From: Anaerolineales bacterium
GTDB lineage: Bacteria; Chloroflexota; Anaerolineae; Anaerolineales; Villigracilaceae
Direction of reading: 5' to 3'
Length of the DNA stretch: 64,000 bases
Assembly: GCA_013140605.1 (NCBI GenBank)
Contig: JABFSL010000042.1
Location: 31,168-95,167 of the forward strand
The notes beneath the pieces are model-generated. The model was not told the DNA's origin. It made no database searches and saw nothing but the letters and a program-made list of their open reading frames with translations. Both the position numbers and the translations under genes were made by a program. Below, one piece after another: positions 9,216 through 18,771 of the stretch; positions within the stretch are counted from its first letter, which is position 1, and each line of letters begins with the position of its first letter.

Positions 9216-9587
9216 ATGGCAATCCGTGGAATCCGTGGCGCGACAACCGTATCGGCAGATGAACCCGATCTAATTCTCGAAGCCACACGGGAATTGTTGG
9301 AAGCAATTTTGGCGGCAAATGAAAGCATGTTGCCTGAGGATGTAGGCAGCGCGCTTTTCACCGTGACTGACGATCTCGCCTCGACCTTCCCCGCGCAGGC
9401 GGCGAGACAAATGGGCTGGGGACTCGTCCCGATGATGTGCGCAAGGGAAATCCCAGTCCCTGGCAGTTTGCGGAAAGTCATCCGTGTACTTGTCCACTGG
9501 AATACGGAGATGCCGCAATCTGAAATCACGCACGTTTATTTACGCGATGCGGTAAAGTTGAGACCCGACTTGGTTGCCGCGCAATAA
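9216..9587 (+). CDS. aroH: Chorismate mutase, AroH type
   Basis: IRGIRGATTV, FTVTDDLASTFPAQAAR and YLRDAVKLRPDL motifs. Confidence 0.95.
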   Translation: MAIRGIRGATTVSADEPDLILEATRELLEAILAANESMLPEDVGSALFTVTDDLASTFPAQAARQMGWGLVPMMCAREIPVPGSLRKVIRVLVHWNTEMPQSEITHVYLRDAVKLRPDLVAAQ

Positions 9588-9591
9588 AACC

Positions 9592-9641
9592 AAGTCGAAA
9601 GTCAAAAGTCAATACGTGACCTTCGACTTTTGACCTTTGAC
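9592..9641. repeat. Inverted heptamer array (aagtcga/aagtcaa ... ccttcga/gaccttt)
   Basis: 7-nt periodic opposed halves right after the aroH stop. Confidence 0.75.
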
Positions 9642-9664
9642 AGGATTTTTAAGGAGAAGAACCT

Positions 9665-10723
9665 ATGATGATCATAATGAAAGCCAATGCCACGCCGCAG
9701 GAAGTGGAAGCGGTGATCGCACAAATCAAATCAATGGGACTCGCCGTCCATTTATCGCAGGGAGTCGAAGCGACGATTATCGGTGCGATCGGTGAGACAC
9801 ATAATATTCCCATGGAACGCTTCGAAGGCTTGGACGGCGTGGATATTGTCCAGCGTATCACCCAGCCGTACAAGCTCGCTTCACGACAATTCCACCCCGA
9901 AGATTCGATCATCCCATTGAGCGGATTCGCTGTCGGTGGAAATGAGATCGCCATCATTGCGGGACCATGCTCGGTGGAGAGTCGCTCACAGATCATTGAA
10001 ACAGCCATCGCTGTGAAAGAGGCGGGAGCGTCCGCTTTGCGCGGCGGAGTGTTCAAGCCGCGCACATCGCCGTATGCATTTCAAGGATTGGGCGAAGAAG
10101 GTCTTGAACTTCTCGCCGAGGCACGCGAGAAAACGGGCCTGCCCATCGTTGTTGAAATTATGTCGCAGGTGCAGTTGGATTTGATGGTGAAGTACGTGGA
10201 TGTGTTTCAAGTGGGCGCGCGCAATATGCAGAATTTCAATTTACTGCGCGCCATCGGTGAAACACGCACTGCGGTTCTGCTCAAGCGCGGACTTTCCGCT
10301 ACCATCGAAGAACTACTGATGTCTGCTGAATATATTCTGGCTGGGGGAAATCAACGTGTGATGTTGTGTGAGCGCGGAATCCGCACATTCGAAACATCCA
10401 CGCGTAACACTACTGATATCAATGCTGTTCCCGTTTTAAAACACTTAACTCATTTGCCCGTCATCCTTGACCCAAGCCACTCCACAGGCCACGCGGATTA
10501 TGTCGCCGCGATTGCGCGCGCTGGCATTGCCGCAGGCGCAGACGGACTAATTATCGAAGTTCATCCTGATCCTGCAAAAGCAGTTTCGGATGGCAAGCAA
10601 TCTCTCAAACCAGAAAAATTTGCCGAGATGGTCAAGCAGGTTGGTCAGATCGCGCAGATTATGGGACGCAGGCTCGCCGCTGTTCAAGGAAATGTTCAAC
10701 CGTTGAAGCAGGGGTGGGCGTAA
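9665..10723 (+). CDS. aroF: DAHP synthase type I-beta with N-terminal ACT-like domain, copy 1
   Basis: AGPCSVES, FKPRTSPYAFQG, GARNMQNF, LKRG, LCERGIRTF and DPSH motifs. Confidence 0.95.
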   Translation: MMIIMKANATPQEVEAVIAQIKSMGLAVHLSQGVEATIIGAIGETHNIPMERFEGLDGVDIVQRITQPYKLASRQFHPEDSIIPLSGFAVGGNEIAIIAGPCSVESRSQIIETAIAVKEAGASALRGGVFKPRTSPYAFQGLGEEGLELLAEAREKTGLPIVVEIMSQVQLDLMVKYVDVFQVGARNMQNFNLLRAIGETRTAVLLKRGLSATIEELLMSAEYILAGGNQRVMLCERGIRTFETSTRNTTDINAVPVLKHLTHLPVILDPSHSTGHADYVAAIARAGIAAGADGLIIEVHPDPAKAVSDGKQSLKPEKFAEMVKQVGQIAQIMGRRLAAVQGNVQPLKQGWA

Positions 10724-10731
10724 ATAAATTT

Positions 10732-10799
10732 GTAGGGGCGACCCTTGTGGTCGCCCTTGATTTACATAAATATTGGGCGGGGACGAGCCCCGCCCCTAC
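10732..10799. repeat. Paired GTAG-type REP units (REPIN-like) between the two aroF copies
   Basis: gtaggggcgacc..ggtcgccc and gggcggggac..ccccgcccctac. Confidence 0.8.
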
Positions 10800-10824
10800 A
10801 AAACATAAAAAAGGAAATATCACC

Positions 10825-11859
10825 ATGATGATCATCATGCACCCCGGTGCCCCCAGAGAACAAATAGACGCTGTCATTGCCGAAATTGAAAAACATAAAT
10901 TATCTTCCCATCCCATCTTTGGCGTTGAGCAAACCATCATCGGCGCAGTCGGCGACGGTCACTATGTTGCAAAGGAAATCTTTGAAGCATTGCCCGGCGT
11001 ATTGGAAGTTCAACGTATTTCCAAGCCTTACAAACTTGCCTCACGACAATTCCACGAACAGGATTCTATATTTCAACTCGACGGCTTCTCCGTTGGCGGC
11101 ACAGAAATCCCAATTATTGCAGGCCCGTGCTCGGTTGAGTCCCGTGCGCAGATTCTTGAGATCGCGCAGGCGGTCAAGGAAGCGGGCGCAAATGCTCTTC
11201 GCGGTGGCGTCTTCAAACCGCGCACGTCGCCATATGCCTTTCAAGGTCTCGGCGAAGAAGGTCTCGAATACATGGTTGAAGCCCGCGAAAAAACAGGCTT
11301 GCCCATCGTTGCCGAAGTAATGGCAGTTTCGCAAATCAAGATGATGGAAAAATATGTGGATGTTTTCCAACTCGGCGCGCGTAATATGCAAAACTTCAAT
11401 CTGCTGCGTGCCATTGGTGAAACACGTACTCCTGTCCTTTTCAAACGCGGCATGTCCGCCACCATCGAAGAAATGTTGATGGCAAGCGAGTACATCATCA
11501 GCGGCGGCAACACGCGCGTCATGTTGTGCGAGCGCGGCATCCGCACATTTGAAACTTCCACGCGCAACACCACTGACATCAATGCCATCCCCGTCCTCAA
11601 AAAACTTACGCACCTTCCCGTCATCCTCGATCCCTCGCACTCCACTGGCGACTCCGCGTATGTCTCCGCAATTGCAAAAGGCGGTGTTGCTGCTGGTGCC
11701 GATGGCATCATTGTTGAAGTGCATCAAGATCCCGCGCACGCAATTTCGGATGGCAAGCAATCTCTCACCCCTGAGGCATTTGCCAAAATGGTGAAGCAGA
11801 TCAAAGCGGTGGCAGAAGCGGTGGATCGTCGTTTGGTTCCGCAACATGCCACAGCCTGA
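10825..11859 (+). CDS. aroF: DAHP synthase type I-beta with ACT-like domain, copy 2
   Basis: same catalytic motifs as copy 1; start at 10825 after RBS aagga. Confidence 0.95.
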   Translation: MMIIMHPGAPREQIDAVIAEIEKHKLSSHPIFGVEQTIIGAVGDGHYVAKEIFEALPGVLEVQRISKPYKLASRQFHEQDSIFQLDGFSVGGTEIPIIAGPCSVESRAQILEIAQAVKEAGANALRGGVFKPRTSPYAFQGLGEEGLEYMVEAREKTGLPIVAEVMAVSQIKMMEKYVDVFQLGARNMQNFNLLRAIGETRTPVLFKRGMSATIEEMLMASEYIISGGNTRVMLCERGIRTFETSTRNTTDINAIPVLKKLTHLPVILDPSHSTGDSAYVSAIAKGGVAAGADGIIVEVHQDPAHAISDGKQSLTPEAFAKMVKQIKAVAEAVDRRLVPQHATA

Positions 11860-12700
11860 CTTTAATCTCGCAGAGTCAAAGATCGCAATCATCGGATTGG
11901 GATTAATGGGCGGCTCGCTCGCTTTGGGATTGCGTGGAAAATGTGCCGCGCTCTACGGGATTGACCCGCATCTTCCCACGCTCGAAACTGCTCTGTCCCA
12001 ACATATAGTGGATTACGCTGACAGTGACCCTGCCAGCCTTCTCCCAGAAGTTGACCTTGTAATCCTATCAGCCCCCGTCCCCGCGATTTTGACTCTGCTT
12101 GAGAAGTTGCCAACGTTCACACAAAATCCCTGCATTATCATGGACATGGGCTCAACGAAAAAGTTGATCGTCGAATCCATGTCGCGCCTGCCCAAACGCT
12201 TTGACCCCATCGGCGGACATCCCATCTGCGGCAAGGAAAAACTCTCCCTCGCCAACGCCGAACGGACTCTCTACTACGCCGCGCCATTTTTGCTGACCCC
12301 GCTTGAACGAACATCACCACGAGCATTATCTGCTGCCAATCAAATCATCGAAGCGGTTGGCGCGAAAGCCAAAATTCTCGAAGCAGTTGAACATGACCGC
12401 ATCCTCGCATCCACAAGTCATTTGCCATTTTTGATTTCCTCCGCGCTGGCGCTTGCAACGCCGCAAGATGTTTCATCATTTATTGGCCCAGGCTTCAAAT
12501 CTACAAGCCGCCTAGCTGGCACATCTTCTTCGATGATGCTGGGCGTCCTGCAATCCAACCGTGAAAATGTTTTGAACGCGCTTCATGGAATGCAAAATCA
12601 ACTGGCAGACCTCGAATCCGCTTTGGATTCAAGTGATTTCTTGAAACTTGAATCCGTTTTGAACGAAGCACAGAAAAAATATCAAGATTTCTCTGTGTGA
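11846..12700 (+). CDS. tyrA: Prephenate/arogenate dehydrogenase
   Basis: IIGLGLMGGSLA, DMGSTK, GGHPICG, HDRILASTSHLP and FKSTSRLA motifs. Confidence 0.92.
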   Translation: MPQPDFNLAESKIAIIGLGLMGGSLALGLRGKCAALYGIDPHLPTLETALSQHIVDYADSDPASLLPEVDLVILSAPVPAILTLLEKLPTFTQNPCIIMDMGSTKKLIVESMSRLPKRFDPIGGHPICGKEKLSLANAERTLYYAAPFLLTPLERTSPRALSAANQIIEAVGAKAKILEAVEHDRILASTSHLPFLISSALALATPQDVSSFIGPGFKSTSRLAGTSSSMMLGVLQSNRENVLNALHGMQNQLADLESALDSSDFLKLESVLNEAQKKYQDFSV

Positions 12701-12759
12701 AAAACACACGCAGATACCCATCCGTTTATCCGCTTTGCGAAGCAATCCGTTACCTCATT

Positions 12760-14064
12760 ATGAAAATCACTCCCATCACACACCCGCTGAAAGCAACTGT
12801 CCGCGTGCCAGGCTCCAAATCGCTGACCAACCGTGCCTTGCTGATTGCATCCCTCGCAGACGGAACTACGCATTTAACCAATGCCTTGTTCTCCGACGAT
12901 TCGCGTTACTTCGCCAAGGCTTTGCAAACCCTTGGCTTCGACGTCCAATTGGATGAGGTTGCTTACTCGATGATTGTTACTGGTCTCGGCGGAAAAATCC
13001 CTGCAAAGAAAGCCGAGCTATTCATTGGGAATGCAGGCACAGCCGCAAGATTCCTCTCTGCGTTTCTCACACTCGGAAATGGTGAGTATGTCTTGGATGG
13101 CGAGCCGCGCATGCGTGAACGTCCGATAGGGGATTTGGTTGATTCGCTTACACAACTTGGCGCAATGATTATGCCTGTTGAACGTTCAACGTTAAATGTT
13201 CGACGCCAAATATGCCCGCCAGTGAAAATTGCTTCCAATGGCTTGCCTGGCGGAAAGACAGCGATTGCGGGCGATATTTCATCTCAATTTTTATCCGCCC
13301 TGCTCATGGTCGCTCCATACGCTCAAAGTGAAATTGAAATTACCCTTTCGACAGACCTCAACTCCAAACCCTATGTGGATATGACCATTGCGATTATGAA
13401 AGACTTCGGCGTGGAAATCGAACGCGACAACTATTCACAATTCACCATTCGCTCAGCCTCCTACTTACCACTTACCAATTACCCCATAGAGTCCGACGCT
13501 TCCGCCGCATCCTACTTCTTCGCCGCTCCAGCCATCTGCGGTGGGACTGTCCGCGTGGAAAACATCTCACGCAAATCTATCCAAGGCGATATTGCATTTC
13601 TCGATGTCTTTAAGCAAATGGGATGTCAGGTTATAGAAGGGGAGAATTTCATCGAAGTTACTGGAACAGAGTCATTGATCGGTGTAGATGTGGACATGCG
13701 CGATATCCCCGACACAGCCCAAACCCTCGCAGTCATTGCTCCCTTTGCATCTTCTCCAACAAGAATTCGTGGCATCGCTTCGGCTCGTGTCAAAGAGACT
13801 GACCGTGTTTCAGCAACCTGTACTGAACTCAAACGGCTCGGAGTAGAAGTTGAAGAACACGAAGACGGCATGACCATATACCCAACCTTCAACCTTCAAC
13901 CTTCAACCTTCAAACCTGCCACCGTTCAAACCTACAATGACCACCGCATGGCGATGGCGTTCTCATTAATCGGCTTGCGCTTCGATGGCGTGACCATTGA
14001 AAACCCATCCTGCGTTTCCAAAACATTCCCAAATTATTTTGAAGTTCTTGAGGCGCTGCAATGA
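12760..14064 (+). CDS. aroA: EPSP synthase with two heptamer-derived insertions
   Basis: PGSKSLTNRALL, GNAGTAARF, SSQFLSALL, RVKETDR and DHRMAMAF motifs; start moved to 12760. Confidence 0.97.
   Translation: MKITPITHPLKATVRVPGSKSLTNRALLIASLADGTTHLTNALFSDDSRYFAKALQTLGFDVQLDEVAYSMIVTGLGGKIPAKKAELFIGNAGTAARFLSAFLTLGNGEYVLDGEPRMRERPIGDLVDSLTQLGAMIMPVERSTLNVRRQICPPVKIASNGLPGGKTAIAGDISSQFLSALLMVAPYAQSEIEITLSTDLNSKPYVDMTIAIMKDFGVEIERDNYSQFTIRSASYLPLTNYPIESDASAASYFFAAPAICGGTVRVENISRKSIQGDIAFLDVFKQMGCQVIEGENFIEVTGTESLIGVDVDMRDIPDTAQTLAVIAPFASSPTRIRGIASARVKETDRVSATCTELKRLGVEVEEHEDGMTIYPTFNLQPSTFKPATVQTYNDHRMAMAFSLIGLRFDGVTIENPSCVSKTFPNYFEVLEALQ
13177..13204 (+). repeat. In-frame heptamer array inside aroA (gttgaac gttcaac gttaaat gttcgac)
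   Basis: 4 x 7 nt, encoding VERSTLNVR. Confidence 0.8.
13883..13917 (+). repeat. In-frame heptamer array inside aroA (caacctt x4 + caaacct)
   Basis: 4 perfect units plus 1 variant, encoding TFNLQPSTFKP. Confidence 0.9.
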
Positions 14065-14891
14065 TAAAACTCGGCCTGATCGGTTATCCTGTTAGTCATA
14101 GCATGTCTCCAAAGATTCAAAATGCTGCCCTGCAAGCCGCAGGTTTGCAAGGTGACTATTCCCTATTCCCTATTCACCCCGATGATGACCAGGGCTTGAA
14201 AGGCTTACTCAATAAAGTCCGCTCGGGCGAAATTGTCGGACTCAACGTCACCATTCCGCACAAACAAAATGTGATTCGATTTATGGACGAACTCACGCCC
14301 ACAGCCAAATCCATTGGCGCAGTCAACACCATTTATATGCGAGACGATAAACTCATCGGCGACAATACCGACGCGCATGGTTTTTTATCTGACCTCAAAA
14401 GATTTCTTGAAGATAGTCAATCATCAATCGGCAATCGGCAATCGGCAATTGTATTGGGGGCAGGTGGTTCTGCTCGTTCGGTTGTGTATGCTTTATGCAA
14501 TGACGGTTGGAAAGTTGCCCTTGCCGCCCGCCGGCATGAACAGGCAGAACAACTTGCAAGTTCATTTTCAACTTACGAAATGCAAATCGCAACTTTCACT
14601 GACCTTCAACTTGCAACCTTCGACCTGCTGGTAAACACCACCCCACTAGGCATGACTCCAAACATAAATACATCGCCGCTACCCGAAGGGATTTTATTGC
14701 CCAGCCATGCGGTTATTTATGATTTGGTCTACAATCCACGCGAGACAAAATTTGTGCGGGATGCCCGTTTACAAGGACTGCGAGCGACCACAGGTTTGGG
14801 TATGCTCATCGAACAAGCCGCGCTTGGATTCGAATTGTGGACGGGGAAAAAACTTCCCAACGAAGTATTCCGAAACGCTGTCGATAACTGA
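14061..14891 (+). CDS. aroE: Shikimate dehydrogenase
   Basis: HSMSPKIQN, GLNVTIPHK, GAVNT, NTDAHGF, GAGGSARS and GLGMLIEQA motifs. Confidence 0.96.
   Translation: MIKLGLIGYPVSHSMSPKIQNAALQAAGLQGDYSLFPIHPDDDQGLKGLLNKVRSGEIVGLNVTIPHKQNVIRFMDELTPTAKSIGAVNTIYMRDDKLIGDNTDAHGFLSDLKRFLEDSQSSIGNRQSAIVLGAGGSARSVVYALCNDGWKVALAARRHEQAEQLASSFSTYEMQIATFTDLQLATFDLLVNTTPLGMTPNINTSPLPEGILLPSHAVIYDLVYNPRETKFVRDARLQGLRATTGLGMLIEQAALGFELWTGKKLPNEVFRNAVDN
14416..14450 (+). repeat. In-frame heptamer array inside aroE (gtcaatc atcaatc ggcaatc ggcaatc ggcaatt)
   Basis: 5 x 7 nt, encoding SQSSIGNRQSAI. Confidence 0.9.
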
Positions 14892-14906
14892 TCACTGGAG
14901 ACAACA

Positions 14907-16082
14907 ATGCCTTTACGCTTCCTAACGGCTGGAGAATCCCACGGCCCATCGCTCACAGCCATCCTTGATGGAATGCCCGCTGGACTTTCCATCACAACTG
15001 AAATCATCAACAAGGAACTCGCCCGCCGCCAGCAGGGGTACGGTTCAGGCGGACGCATGAAAATTGAAAAGGACACCGTGCAAATCCTCGGCGGCGTGAT
15101 GAGCGGCGAAACCACTGGCGCGCCGATTGCATTGCTCGTCCAAAACGATGACCATGTCAAATGGAAGGGCAAAGCCATCGAGCCAATGACCGCTCCGCGC
15201 CCAGGTCACGCGGACTTAACTGGCGCGGTGAAATATGGTTATAAAGATTTGCGCCCCGCACTTGAACGCGCCTCCGCCCGTGAAACCACCATGCGAGTCG
15301 CGGCGGGTGCAGTGTGCAAGCATTTTCTCGAACAATTCGGAATCATCATCGGCGGATATGTTTCATCCATTGGCGAAATCCAAACTGATTTTGGTGATAT
15401 GCCTTTTGAAGAGCGCTTCATCCGCGCGGAAGAATCCGATGTGCGCTGTCCCATCGAATCATCCGCAGATCAAATGCGTGCTGAGATTGAAAAAACCATT
15501 CATGGCAAAAATACATTGGGTGGCGTGCTTGAAATTGTCGCGCTCAATCTTCCAGTGGGCCTTGGCAGTTTTGTCCAATGGGATTGCCGCCTCGAAGCCA
15601 AGCTTGCAATGGCGATCATGAGTGTTCAAGCTATCAAAGGTGTCGAAGTCGGCGATGCATTTGAAAACGCAAAACGAATCGGCACGCAAGCCCACGACCC
15701 AATCAACCTAATTCCTAATTCCCAATCCCTAATTCGTAATTCAAACCGCGCAGGCGGAACCGAAGGTGGAATTAGTAATGGACAGCCGATCATCATCCGC
15801 GCGGCGATGAAACCGATAGCCACCACGCTTCTTCCCCAGCCGACAGTTGATCTGGCGTCAGGGACAGAATCACCCACCAAATATGAACGCTCCGACTTCT
15901 GCCCCGTGCCTCGCGCCGTCCCGATTCTTGAAGCAATGGTCGCCTTTGTCCTGGCTGATGCTCTCATCGAAAAACTCGGCGGCGACTCAATGAATGAAAT
16001 GAAACCGCGCTTTGAATCTTTGCGAAAAGCCACGCTTGAAGACCTCCCAATGGATAATATTCCACACGTATTTTGGGGATAA
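14907..16082 (+). CDS. aroC: Chorismate synthase
   Basis: TAGESHG, RRQQGYGSGGRM, PRPGHADL, ERASARET and AAMKPIAT motifs. Confidence 0.97.
   Translation: MPLRFLTAGESHGPSLTAILDGMPAGLSITTEIINKELARRQQGYGSGGRMKIEKDTVQILGGVMSGETTGAPIALLVQNDDHVKWKGKAIEPMTAPRPGHADLTGAVKYGYKDLRPALERASARETTMRVAAGAVCKHFLEQFGIIIGGYVSSIGEIQTDFGDMPFEERFIRAEESDVRCPIESSADQMRAEIEKTIHGKNTLGGVLEIVALNLPVGLGSFVQWDCRLEAKLAMAIMSVQAIKGVEVGDAFENAKRIGTQAHDPINLIPNSQSLIRNSNRAGGTEGGISNGQPIIIRAAMKPIATTLLPQPTVDLASGTESPTKYERSDFCPVPRAVPILEAMVAFVLADALIEKLGGDSMNEMKPRFESLRKATLEDLPMDNIPHVFWG
15707..15741 (+). repeat. In-frame heptamer array inside aroC (cctaatt family)
   Basis: 5 x 7 nt, encoding LIPNSQSLIRNS just before NRAGG. Confidence 0.88.
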
Positions 16083-16087
16083 TTTTC

Positions 16088-16684
16088 ATGTTTATTGATT
16101 TTGACTGGACACACATATGTCTTGGCCTTATCTTGCTGGGGGGTTCCCTAATCTTTTTATGGCAAAAAAATAAAAGCATCTCATATCTATTTTTCTTTAC
16201 CATTTTTTGGATATACATGATGGCTGTTGTAAGTGTAATTGTTTTTCCATTTTATATTCCTGAAAACTTCTCTAAGTTCGGCAACAAATTAAGCATCAAC
16301 CTTATGCCATTTGATTTTGGGGGTTGCTTTGACGACCTGCCTGCTTTATGCTTCAGGAGTATTTATGAAAATATCCTCCTTACAGTCCCGTTTGGATTTG
16401 GAGTCAGCTTTATTACCCGTATCAATCCTAAAAGAATCGCCTGGCTTGCCATTTCTGTTGGACTTGTTTTTGAGATCGCCCAACTTGTCATTGTATTAAT
16501 CTTCCATGCTTCGTTTCGCACTGTGGACATCAACGATGTCATCCTTAACGCCGCAGGAGTTCTGCTTGGCTACGGAATCTTCTGTGTTTTCGGAGTGATA
16601 TATTCCTTTATCATTCAAAAACTCGCACAACAACCCCGTCATATTTTTGCCTATATTTATGATGTGGTTCACAATCAAAACTGA
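16088..16684 (+). CDS. VanZ-like membrane protein
   Basis: NLMPF, ENILLTVPFGF, FEIAQL and DINDVILNAAG motifs; AT-rich. Confidence 0.85.
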   Translation: MFIDFDWTHICLGLILLGGSLIFLWQKNKSISYLFFFTIFWIYMMAVVSVIVFPFYIPENFSKFGNKLSINLMPFDFGGCFDDLPALCFRSIYENILLTVPFGFGVSFITRINPKRIAWLAISVGLVFEIAQLVIVLIFHASFRTVDINDVILNAAGVLLGYGIFCVFGVIYSFIIQKLAQQPRHIFAYIYDVVHNQN

Positions 16685-16701
16685 TAACTGGATATTAAAC
16701 C

Positions 16702-18273
16702 ATGCATATCTTCCTCTACGGCCCGCCTGGGACAGGCAAATCTACAGTCGGAAAAAAACTTGCTCATAATCTCAATCTCCCTTTCATTGACCTTGACCGC
16801 GTCATCGAAACCAAAGCGGGTATATCCATTTCGCACATTATGGAACAACAGGGTGAATCTGCATTTCGTGACCTTGAATCCGCGGCGCTGAAAGAGGTTG
16901 TATCAGGTCACGCTTTTAGCGTGGCAAATACTGAAGACCTCGGCGGGTTACAAACCCACCCTACAGAATCAGTAATCGCTCTTGGCGGCGGCGCATTGTT
17001 ACGCGACGAAAATCGTAACTTCGCTGAAAGCCACGGTAGTGTCATTTTGTTGGTGGCAGAGTTATCTACTTTGCTTGAGCGATTGCATTACGAATCTGGG
17101 AATCGTCCTTTGCTGGCTGGAGACTTGCGCGAAAAACTTTCATCGCTATTGGCAAAGCGCCATGACCATTACAACTCTTTCCCATTGCTTATCCATATGG
17201 ATGGCAAAACTGCCGAACAGAATGCTCATCAAGCGCAAATTGCATTGGGGCGACATCACCTGTCCGCGATGGGAGAGTATGATGTCATCGTAGGTCAGGT
17301 TTCCAACCTGACAAACTTCCCCATGCAAAACCCCATCATTGTCACTGATGAAAATGTGGCGAAGTTTCATCTTGAAAAAATCAAGCAAGTTTTAGGAAGT
17401 GATATTAAATCTATTATTGTCCCCGCTGGCGAAGAGCATAAAAACCTCGAAACCATTTCCTATTTATGGAAATCTTTTCTTGAAAACGGACTTGACCGCA
17501 AGAGCACAGTCATTGCTTTGGGTGGCGGTGTGGTTGGGGACATGACAGGCTTTGCCGCATCCACGTACATGCGTGGAATTAATTGGATTGGCATACCAAC
17601 GACCCTGCTTTCGATGGTGGATGCTTCGCTGGGCGGGAAGACTGGATTTGACCTGCCCGAAGGAAAAAATCTGATCGGTTCTTTTTACCCGCCGAAACTT
17701 GTTCTGGCTGACCCAAACCTTTTGTTTACGCTGCCAGAACGCGAACTGCGCTCCGGCATGGCGGAAGTGGTTAAGCATGGAATTATCTCTGACCCTGAAT
17801 TATTTAATTTATGCTTGCGCGGATTGGATTGGGTGAAAGATAATCTCGAAGAAGTTGTCAAACGCGCGATGGCGGTGAAGATCAAAGTCATCGAGGAAGA
17901 TCCGTATGAAAAAGGATTCCGCGCGGCATTGAATTTGGGACACACGGTCGGACATGCAGTGGAGCTTGTCAGTAAATTTAAACTTCGGCATGGAGAGGCG
18001 ATTGCCATCGGCATGGTGGCTGAGGCGAAGTATTCTGCCCGGGTTGGGCTGGCAGGCGTCGGGTTGGTGGAGGCGGTGACAGAGTCGCTCAAAGCGTTGG
18101 GATTGCCCATTCAAATTCCCGAAGAAATGCCGCGCGAGGAAATTATCCGTGCGATGCGAGTGGATAAGAAGAAGAATGCGAAGACCATTAGGTTTGCTTT
18201 GCCTGTTGAGATCGGCAAAGTGGAGTTGGTCGCGGTGCGTGTGACGGATTTGGAAGAGGTAATTGGACGATAG
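16702..18273 (+). CDS. aroKB: Shikimate kinase / 3-dehydroquinate synthase fusion
   Basis: GPPGTGKS P-loop, ALGGG; GEEHK, GGGVVGD, PTTLLSMVDASLGGKTG and LNLGHTVGHA motifs. Confidence 0.95.
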   Translation: MHIFLYGPPGTGKSTVGKKLAHNLNLPFIDLDRVIETKAGISISHIMEQQGESAFRDLESAALKEVVSGHAFSVANTEDLGGLQTHPTESVIALGGGALLRDENRNFAESHGSVILLVAELSTLLERLHYESGNRPLLAGDLREKLSSLLAKRHDHYNSFPLLIHMDGKTAEQNAHQAQIALGRHHLSAMGEYDVIVGQVSNLTNFPMQNPIIVTDENVAKFHLEKIKQVLGSDIKSIIVPAGEEHKNLETISYLWKSFLENGLDRKSTVIALGGGVVGDMTGFAASTYMRGINWIGIPTTLLSMVDASLGGKTGFDLPEGKNLIGSFYPPKLVLADPNLLFTLPERELRSGMAEVVKHGIISDPELFNLCLRGLDWVKDNLEEVVKRAMAVKIKVIEEDPYEKGFRAALNLGHTVGHAVELVSKFKLRHGEAIAIGMVAEAKYSARVGLAGVGLVEAVTESLKALGLPIQIPEEMPREEIIRAMRVDKKKNAKTIRFALPVEIGKVELVAVRVTDLEEVIGR

Positions 18274-18324
18274 ACAGTAGACCGTGGACGATAAAAACGG
18301 TCTGCGGTCTACCGTCCACGGTCT
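18265..18324. repeat. Inverted heptamer array (ggacgat agacagt agaccgt ggacgat / cggtctg cggtcta ccgtcca)
   Basis: overlaps the aroB stop; same family as 3907-3965. Confidence 0.8.
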
Positions 18325-18333
18325 TAAGGAGAG

Positions 18334-18771
18334 ATGATGAAAATACTAATCCTGCACGGCCCAAATTTGAATTTGCTTGGAACGCGTGAGCCTGAGGTAT
18401 ACGGCTCAATGACGTTGAATGATATCAATGAGAAGATGATTGTATTGGGCAAAGAATTGGATGCGGAAATAACCTGCCTGCAATCGAATCACGAAGGCGC
18501 GTTGATCGATGCGTTGCAGGATGCTCGCACATGGGCGAATGGTGTGGTGTTCAACCCTGGCGGATATACACATACATCCGTTGCGCTGCGTGATGCGATC
18601 TCTGCGATTGTGATTCCTGTCATCGAGGTGCATTTGTCTAATGTGTATGCGCGTGAGGAGTTTCGGCATACGTCTTTGGTCTCGGCGGTATGCAAAGGCA
18701 AAGTCAGCGGCTTTGGCTGGCATTCGTATGAGTTGGGCTTGCGCGGGCTCATTGATATAATCAAGGTGTGA
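18334..18771 (+). CDS. aroQ: Type II 3-dehydroquinate dehydratase
   Basis: GPNLNLLGTREPEVYG, QSNHEG, NPGGYTHTS and EVHLSN motifs. Confidence 0.97.
   Translation: MMKILILHGPNLNLLGTREPEVYGSMTLNDINEKMIVLGKELDAEITCLQSNHEGALIDALQDARTWANGVVFNPGGYTHTSVALRDAISAIVIPVIEVHLSNVYAREEFRHTSLVSAVCKGKVSGFGWHSYELGLRGLIDIIKV

Noticed and set aside
11041-11892. Long antisense or alternative-frame ORFs (e.g. 11041-11892, 20817-21485, 56612-57640, 62290-63000)
   Set aside because: They shadow well-supported genes on the other strand and have no motifs; expected from codon bias.
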